Below are positions 26,821 to 32,000 of a DNA stretch of 32,000 nucleotides, one piece after another. A program made the translations under genes and the position numbers. Within the stretch, counting starts at the first letter, position 1, and each line of letters starts with the position of its first letter. The notes beneath the pieces were generated by a model. That model ran no database searches. It saw only the letters and a program-made list of their open reading frames with translations, and was not told the DNA's origin. The DNA is from Candidatus Electrothrix yaqonensis. GTDB lineage: Bacteria; Desulfobacterota; Desulfobulbia; Desulfobulbales; Desulfobulbaceae. The DNA is taken from contig CP178758.1 in NCBI GenBank assembly GCA_047651235.1, positions 2,400,001 to 2,432,000 on the forward strand, read 5' to 3'.

Positions 26821-27711
26821 GTGATGAAAAAAATCCGCAAAGCTGTCATTCCGGTCGCCGGACTGGGCACCAGATTTCTACCGGCCAGCAAGGCCATTCC
26901 CAAAGAGATGCTCACCATTGTTGATCGCCCGACGATCCAGTACATTGTGGAAGAGGTGGTGGCATCCGGGATCGAGGAGGTAATTCTGATTACCTCGGAA
27001 GGAAAATCAGCCATTGAGAACCATTTTGACTATAATTACGAGCTGGACACGATCCTGAAGCAGAAAAATAAGAATGAACTGCGGGAGGAGCTGGCCCGGA
27101 CATCCAATCTGATCGATATTGTTTCCGTGCGTCAGAAGGAGCCGCTCGGACTGGGCCATGCCATCTGGATGGCCCGCAAGGTCATCGGGGACGAACCGTT
27201 TCTGGTTCTGCTCGGTGATGATCTGGTACGGAGTGAGCGCCCCTGCTGCCAGCAGATGATTGATCTGTACGAACAGGTCAGGGAGTCCATTGTTGCTGTT
27301 CAGCGGGTGCCTATGGAGCAGACCTGCAGCTACGGGATCGTGGAAGGGACAGCAACCGAGTTCGACCGGACCGTCAAGGTGAACCGTATGATTGAAAAAC
27401 CGGCTCCCGGCACCTCGGATTCGGATATGGCGATTATCGGCCGGTACCTGTTGATGCCGGAGATTTTTGATTTCCTCAGAAAAACCACACCGGGGCACGG
27501 CGGTGAGATTCAGCTGACAGACGCCCTCCAGGCCCTGTCCAAAAAACGGGGCATGTATGCCTATGAATTTCAAGGGAAACGGTATGATGCCGGAGACAAG
27601 TTGGGCTATCTCAAGGCTATTGTCGATATTGCTCTGGAGCATCCCACCCTCGGCGGGCCGCTGCGGGAACATCTCAATTCAACATACGACTGCGCGAAAT
27701 TACGTAATTAA
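26821..27711 (+). CDS. galU: UTP--glucose-1-phosphate uridylyltransferase
   Basis: Contains KAVIPVAGLGTRFLPASKAIPKEML, EPLGLGHA, VLLGDD and GEIQLTDA. The start is GTG 26821 or ATG 26824. Confidence 0.92.
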   Translation: MMKKIRKAVIPVAGLGTRFLPASKAIPKEMLTIVDRPTIQYIVEEVVASGIEEVILITSEGKSAIENHFDYNYELDTILKQKNKNELREELARTSNLIDIVSVRQKEPLGLGHAIWMARKVIGDEPFLVLLGDDLVRSERPCCQQMIDLYEQVRESIVAVQRVPMEQTCSYGIVEGTATEFDRTVKVNRMIEKPAPGTSDSDMAIIGRYLLMPEIFDFLRKTTPGHGGEIQLTDALQALSKKRGMYAYEFQGKRYDAGDKLGYLKAIVDIALEHPTLGGPLREHLNSTYDCAKLRN

Positions 27712-27721
27712 GCAGGTTTAA

Positions 27722-30280
27722 TTGGCGGTTGCCGTGAATCTGTATGAAGTCGCTGTTGCCGCCCCTGTTTTCGGTACACTCACCTATGCGCAGCCGGAGG
27801 ACGATGCTGCGCTTCTACCGATCGGTATCAGGGTGCTGGTTCCCCTGCGGAACCGCCCTGTAACCGGCTATCTGCTGGCCCTTTCCTCTGCAGAACCGAC
27901 AGACATTCCGTATCAGGTCAGGCCTGTTTTTGAGCGGCTTGATCCGACCCCTCTTTTTCCTGAACAACTTGTCCCGTTTTTTCAATGGGTTGCTGCATAT
28001 TATCATTACCCGATCGGCGAGGTGATCCGTACTGCTCTGCCTGCCGGACTGCAGGTCAGGGCCGGGCATGAAATTCTGCTCACAGATGCAGGCCGTCAGC
28101 ATCTGCCTACCACCATCAGCAACATGAAGAAACATAAACAGGCAGCCTGGATGCAGCGGCTCCTGGAGAAAGAAAAACTGCTACCGGGTACGGCGAAGAC
28201 CGTCCGGACGACTGCCCGGACACTGCTGAAAAAATGGCAGGATGCGGGCTGGATCGAGATCAGGGAAGTGCTGGTTGAAGCCGGGATTCGGGAAAAGACA
28301 GACACTGTTGTCCGTCTGAATCCGGAACTTCAGGAACAGATCGACCGTTACCGGGTGCATTCTGCCGACATACCTTCAACATCTTCCTTCGGTCGGGAAC
28401 TGAAAAAATCCGAACAGAAAACCCTGGAGCTGTTCTGCAGGCACAGCAGCGGGCAGCCGGTTCTGCCGCGCACCGAACTGACCCGGCGCTACAGCGGGGC
28501 GGGCAGGGCTCTGCGCAGTCTGGCTGACGCCGGCCTGGTCACCCTGGAGGAGCAACGGGTATACCGGGATCCCTTCGGCAATGTGCCTCATTTTTTTCCG
28601 AAACCGGAGGTGCTGACTCCGGAACAGGAAAAGGTTATTTCCCGGATCAATACTGCAGTTGATGCGGAAAAATTTCAGCCCTTTCTGCTGCACGGCGTAA
28701 CCGGCAGCGGTAAAACCGAGGTCTATCTGCGGGCTGCGGAGCGCTGTCTGGCACAGGGGAAAAGCGTTCTGGTGCTGGTGCCGGAGATAGCCCTTGCCTC
28801 GCAGCTGGAAGCGCATTTTTATTCCCGTTTCGGCACTGCGCTGGCCGTGCTGCACAGCGGCATTGCAGGCGGCGAACGGTTTGATCAGTGGCAGCGGGTT
28901 CTGGAAGGGCAGGTGCGGATTGTCATCGGCGCTCGTTCCGCCGTCTTTGCCCCCTTTGCCGAACCCGGATTGATTATTGTGGATGAGGAGCATGAACCGG
29001 CCTATAAACAGGACGACGGGCTCTGCTATAACGGACGGGATCTGGCTGTGCTGCGGGCGAAATTTGCCGACTGCCCGGTTGTGCTCGGTTCGGCAACGCC
29101 TTCGGTGATCAGCTTTTATCATACTGAACAGGGCAAGTACAGCCTGCTGACCATGAAAAAACGAATTCATGAGCAGGTCATGCCCCGGGTAGAGATTGTC
29201 GATTTGAGAAAACAGCCGCGATCGGCAAATTTTTTCTTTTCTGATCAGCTGATCACTGCTGTCCGGGACAATCTGGCCGCCCGGCAGCAGACCCTTCTGT
29301 TTGTCAACCGGCGGGGCTATGCTTCGTTCATGCTCTGCCAGGAGTGCGGCTATATTATCCGCTGCCGTCACTGCAGGGTATCGCTGACCCATCATCACGG
29401 CAGCAACCGCCTGCTCTGCCATTACTGCGGCTATTCCGTTTCCCCGGATCTTGTCTGTCCTGAATGCCGTTCCGGAGCAGTCGTCGGGCTGGGCGCGGGT
29501 TCTGAACGGATTGAAGCGGAGATTCGGCAGCTGTTTCCTGAAGCAGCAGTTGTCCGGCTGGACAGCGACACAGCCGGAGATCGAAAAGCCTATCTTCAGG
29601 TGCTGCAGCAGATCCGTGACCATAAGGTGGACATTTTGATCGGCACCCAGATGGTGGCCAAAGGCCTGCATTTTCCTGCCATGACTCTGGTGGGCGTTGT
29701 CTGGGCTGACAGCGGTTTGGGCCTGCCTGACTACAAGGCATCGGAACGCTCTTTTCAGCTTCTTGCCCAGGTCACCGGCAGGGCCGGACGCGGCCAGCAT
29801 CCGGGACGGGTGATTATTCAGACCCATCAGCCCCGGCATTATGTCTTGGAATATGCCTGCGCGCATGCATACAGCAAATTATATCAGCAGGAACTGACCC
29901 TGCGGGCCGAGCTCTGCTATCCGCCGTTCGGCAGGCTGGTGAATATCCGGTTCAGCGGGAAGAACGAAGAGGAGGTGGGAAAGGCAGCACATGCGGTGGC
30001 TGCTTTTCTGCGGGCTGCCGGTAAAAGTAAAAGTAAAGAAGAGGCGGGAAAAAAGTATCCAAGTGGGCAGAGAGACCAAGTCGGACAGGTGGATATCCTG
30101 GGCCCGGTTCCTGCTCCTCTATCCATGCTGAAAAAACGGTTCCGCTGGCAGCTTCTGCTGAAAAGCAGTAGCCCGGAACAGCTCCACAGGCTCTGTGATC
30201 AGCTGCCCGAAGCAAAAAAGCGGTATTGCGGAGTAGCGGTCAGGATGAGACCTGATGTGGATCCGGAAAATATGATGTAA
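27722..30280 (+). CDS. priA: primosomal protein N' (replication restart helicase PriA)
   Basis: Has Walker A (GVTGSGKTEVY), the VDEEHE box and a Cys-rich zinc insert (CQECG...CRHC...CHYCG...CPEC). The start is TTG 27722 or GTG 27734. It contains a lysine-rich insert (AGKSKSKEEAGKK) near the C-terminus. Confidence 0.92.
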   Translation: MAVAVNLYEVAVAAPVFGTLTYAQPEDDAALLPIGIRVLVPLRNRPVTGYLLALSSAEPTDIPYQVRPVFERLDPTPLFPEQLVPFFQWVAAYYHYPIGEVIRTALPAGLQVRAGHEILLTDAGRQHLPTTISNMKKHKQAAWMQRLLEKEKLLPGTAKTVRTTARTLLKKWQDAGWIEIREVLVEAGIREKTDTVVRLNPELQEQIDRYRVHSADIPSTSSFGRELKKSEQKTLELFCRHSSGQPVLPRTELTRRYSGAGRALRSLADAGLVTLEEQRVYRDPFGNVPHFFPKPEVLTPEQEKVISRINTAVDAEKFQPFLLHGVTGSGKTEVYLRAAERCLAQGKSVLVLVPEIALASQLEAHFYSRFGTALAVLHSGIAGGERFDQWQRVLEGQVRIVIGARSAVFAPFAEPGLIIVDEEHEPAYKQDDGLCYNGRDLAVLRAKFADCPVVLGSATPSVISFYHTEQGKYSLLTMKKRIHEQVMPRVEIVDLRKQPRSANFFFSDQLITAVRDNLAARQQTLLFVNRRGYASFMLCQECGYIIRCRHCRVSLTHHHGSNRLLCHYCGYSVSPDLVCPECRSGAVVGLGAGSERIEAEIRQLFPEAAVVRLDSDTAGDRKAYLQVLQQIRDHKVDILIGTQMVAKGLHFPAMTLVGVVWADSGLGLPDYKASERSFQLLAQVTGRAGRGQHPGRVIIQTHQPRHYVLEYACAHAYSKLYQQELTLRAELCYPPFGRLVNIRFSGKNEEEVGKAAHAVAAFLRAAGKSKSKEEAGKKYPSGQRDQVGQVDILGPVPAPLSMLKKRFRWQLLLKSSSPEQLHRLCDQLPEAKKRYCGVAVRMRPDVDPENMM

Positions 30281-30317
30281 CCGTCGGGCTAAAAAATATT
30301 AAATTTATCTGAAAAAA

Positions 30318-30387
30318 GTGCCCTGCCCGGAGGAAAGCAGGGCACGGACAGGGAGGCAAAAACACACCCCCCGAGGGGGGTGCCTCC
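30318..30387. other. two GC-rich stem-loops immediately downstream of priA
   Basis: The first is gtgccctgc (30318-26) paired with gcagggcac (30337-45). The second is ggaggca (30352-58) paired with tgcctcc (30381-87), enclosing a ccccc/ggggg inner stem. The + strand has no T-tail. An A-run follows (30394-30400), which would read as a T-run on the minus strand. Confidence 0.4.
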
Positions 30388-30398
30388 AACCGCAAAAA

Positions 30399-30650
30399 AA
30401 TACCCCGGCAGGAAAAAAAAAGGAGGAGTAAACCTGCCGGGGTACAGGGTTGAACCCGTATATTTAAAGGGGAAAATAAATGAAATTTATTTTGAACCCT
30501 GTTGAACCCCTATTCACCTCTATAATACCCCGGCAGGAAAAAAAGGAGGAGTAAACCTGCCGGGGTACAGGGTTGGGACCCATATATATAAAAGGGGAAA
30601 ATAAATGAAATTTATTCTGAACCCTGTTGAACCCTTGTTTGCCCTCTCTT
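30399..30650. repeat. tandem direct duplication, 2 x ~125 bp, each copy highly structured
   Basis: Copy 1 (30399-30523) and copy 2 (30524-~30650) align by eye with few substitutions and two small indels. Each copy has a 10-bp stem (ccccggcagg/cctgccgggg) and an acagggtt/aaccctgt stem. Confidence 0.8.
30480..30554 (+). CDS. candidate micro-ORF 1 (24 aa, MKFILNPVEPLFTSIIPRQEKKEE)
   Basis: AGGGGA lies 7 nt upstream of the ATG. The first 12 codons are shared with micro-ORF 2 and differ only synonymously. Confidence 0.3.
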   Translation: MKFILNPVEPLFTSIIPRQEKKEE

Positions 30651-30655
30651 TATAA
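30605..30655 (+). CDS. candidate micro-ORF 2 (16 aa, MKFILNPVEPLFALSL)
   Basis: It has the same SD and ATG context as micro-ORF 1 and sits in repeat copy 2. Confidence 0.3.
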   Translation: MKFILNPVEPLFALSL

Positions 30656-30846
30656 TTTTATTTTTTCTGTTCTTCTGTCCATGAGCTTTTTCTGCATGTC
30701 CGCTTAAAAATTTCTGTTCAGTTCATTCATCTCTTTGCCCTCTTTAATGCTAAAAACGTGCCATTCTGTATTGTTTTTTACAATCCGCCGTTATAACTGC
30801 ACTAAGCCGATAAAAGGAATCCTTGCTAATAAAGAACCGTATTAAT

Positions 30847-31104
30847 TTAACACGAAAACCGGGTAACTTTTTCCTTGCCTCTGAAGTTGACCGGGTATTT
30901 TTTACCCACCTTCTTTGCCGCTATTTTCCGGATACAGGGAGAGTGTCTAAAGACTGTCTTTAGACCGTTAAGCCGTATCTTTTGACTTGCTGCGGACCTT
31001 CCTGTCAGGGTAATGTGGGCAGTATATTTTGCCTGTTGTTCATTCAGTGCACAGTGGTTTTCATGCCGTTCATAATGGATACTGTCTGGATATTGTGCGG
31101 TCAT
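30847..31104 (-). CDS. hypothetical small basic protein (start uncertain)
   Basis: The ORF is 105 aa, or 85 aa from Met21, with a Lys/Arg-rich C-terminus. No family was recognised and no clear SD is present. It lies in an AT-rich intergenic context. Confidence 0.25.
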   Translation of the reverse strand: MTAQYPDSIHYERHENHCALNEQQAKYTAHITLTGRSAASQKIRLNGLKTVFRHSPCIRKIAAKKVGKKYPVNFRGKEKVTRFSC

Positions 31105-31339
31105 TGGTGTATTTTTTATATTCCCGCCGTTGATCATTGAAAAAATGATACAGCAAGGAGGCATCCGGTTATCAGAAGGCTGTCAGAGAGCAATATTTTC
31201 CGGCTTTACGTACAGTACCGGTAAAAAGATGAACAGAAGATGAATCCGGAAAAAATAAATTTTCTGCATCGAACTGTCAATGTGTTCTTTATGATAAATC
31301 AGCGCATTGGCACAATAAAAATACTTACCCGGAAAAAAC

Positions 31340-32000
31340 GTGGCAGAACATCAGTACGACGAATCCAAAATCAAGACCCTCAGCTCACTGGAACATATCC
31401 GCAAGCGGCCCGGTATGTACATCGGGCGCCTCGGCAACGGTTCCGATCCGGATGACGGCATCTATATCCTGCTCAAGGAAGTCGTCGATAATGCGGTTGA
31501 CGAATACATCATGGGATACGGCAAAGAGGTCGAAATTACCCTTGACGGGGTCGGACGCTGCCGGGTGCGGGATTACGGACGCGGTATTCCGCTGGGGAAA
31601 GTGGTGGAATGCGTCTCGGTGATCAACACCGGGGCAAAGTATAATACCGATGTTTTTCAGTTCTCGGTCGGACTGAACGGGGTGGGAACCAAGGCAGTGA
31701 ATGCCCTTTCCGAGCACTTTACTGTATGCGCCTTCAGGAAGGGAAAGTTTAAAAAAGCGACTTTTGCGCAGGGTACGCTGGTCAGCGAGGAAGACGGCAG
31801 GAGTGAGGAAAAAGACGGCACTCTGATCGAATTTCTGCCGGATGCAGCCTCTTTCCCTGATTTCTCCTTTGATCCCGACTATGTTGATCAGCGGCTGTGG
31901 CGGTATGCTTATCTCAACGCCGGACTGACCCTGTATCTTGATATTGATACATCGACATCGAATACACCTGATACACCGGAATCGGAGACCGCAGCCGGAG
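31340..32000 (+). CDS. type IIA DNA topoisomerase subunit B (GyrB/ParE family), N-terminal GHKL ATPase part; 3' end lies outside the window
   Basis: GTG 31340 is the first start after an in-frame TAA at 31316. Contains LEHIRKRPGMYIG, LKEVVDNAVDE, DYGRGIP and GLNGVGTKAVNALS. The ORF is absent from the track because the window ends before any stop. Confidence 0.85.
   Translation, partial: MAEHQYDESKIKTLSSLEHIRKRPGMYIGRLGNGSDPDDGIYILLKEVVDNAVDEYIMGYGKEVEITLDGVGRCRVRDYGRGIPLGKVVECVSVINTGAKYNTDVFQFSVGLNGVGTKAVNALSEHFTVCAFRKGKFKKATFAQGTLVSEEDGRSEEKDGTLIEFLPDAASFPDFSFDPDYVDQRLWRYAYLNAGLTLYLDIDTSTSNTPDTPESETAAG

Noticed and set aside
30399-30650. Tandem repeat considered as a CRISPR array.
   Set aside because: There are only two copies of a 125-bp unit and they directly abut with no spacers. 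The repeat length is far outside the CRISPR range, and no cas genes are present in the window.
31940-32000. Thr/Ser/Pro/acidic low-complexity stretch (DIDTSTSNTPDTPESETAAG) in the GyrB/ParE-like protein, where family members normally continue the ATPase-transducer junction.
   Set aside because: The window ends inside it, so whether it is a lineage-specific insert cannot be judged.

Overview
This is a 32-kb chromosomal window with dense coding on both strands. Most genes are housekeeping: glgP 3' end, a radical-SAM gene, dus, tyrS, a fur-family regulator, trpC-trpF, a PurB-like lyase, gmhB, an M16 peptidase, dut, a DUF62 SAM hydrolase, proC, galU, priA and a GyrB/ParE-like 5' end. These proteins, together with a periplasmic multihaem cytochrome c fused to a truncated haemoglobin, suggest a Desulfobulbales-type (cable-bacterium-like) deltaproteobacterium, but that is inference only. 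I found no rRNA, tRNA or CRISPR array by eye. Six regions are not housekeeping. (i) A 3.1-kb gene graveyard lies between dus and tyrS; it holds an OLD-family nuclease pseudogene, ISAs1-like and ISAzo13-like transposase remnants, and an alaS editing-domain fragment. (ii) A Zn-ribbon/2-TM/Toprim-like protein is translationally coupled to an asparagine-synthetase-fold protein in which all three catalytic motifs are eroded. (iii) Two paralogous secreted coiled-coil proteins bracket dut. (iv) A 1.16-kb insert is bracketed by a duplicated 3' end of the DUF62 gene. (v) The cytochrome-truncated haemoglobin fusion stands as a monocistronic unit. (vi) A structured 125-bp tandem duplication downstream of priA carries two micro-ORFs whose shared codons differ only synonymously. 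All family assignments come from motif recognition by eye; no database search was possible.
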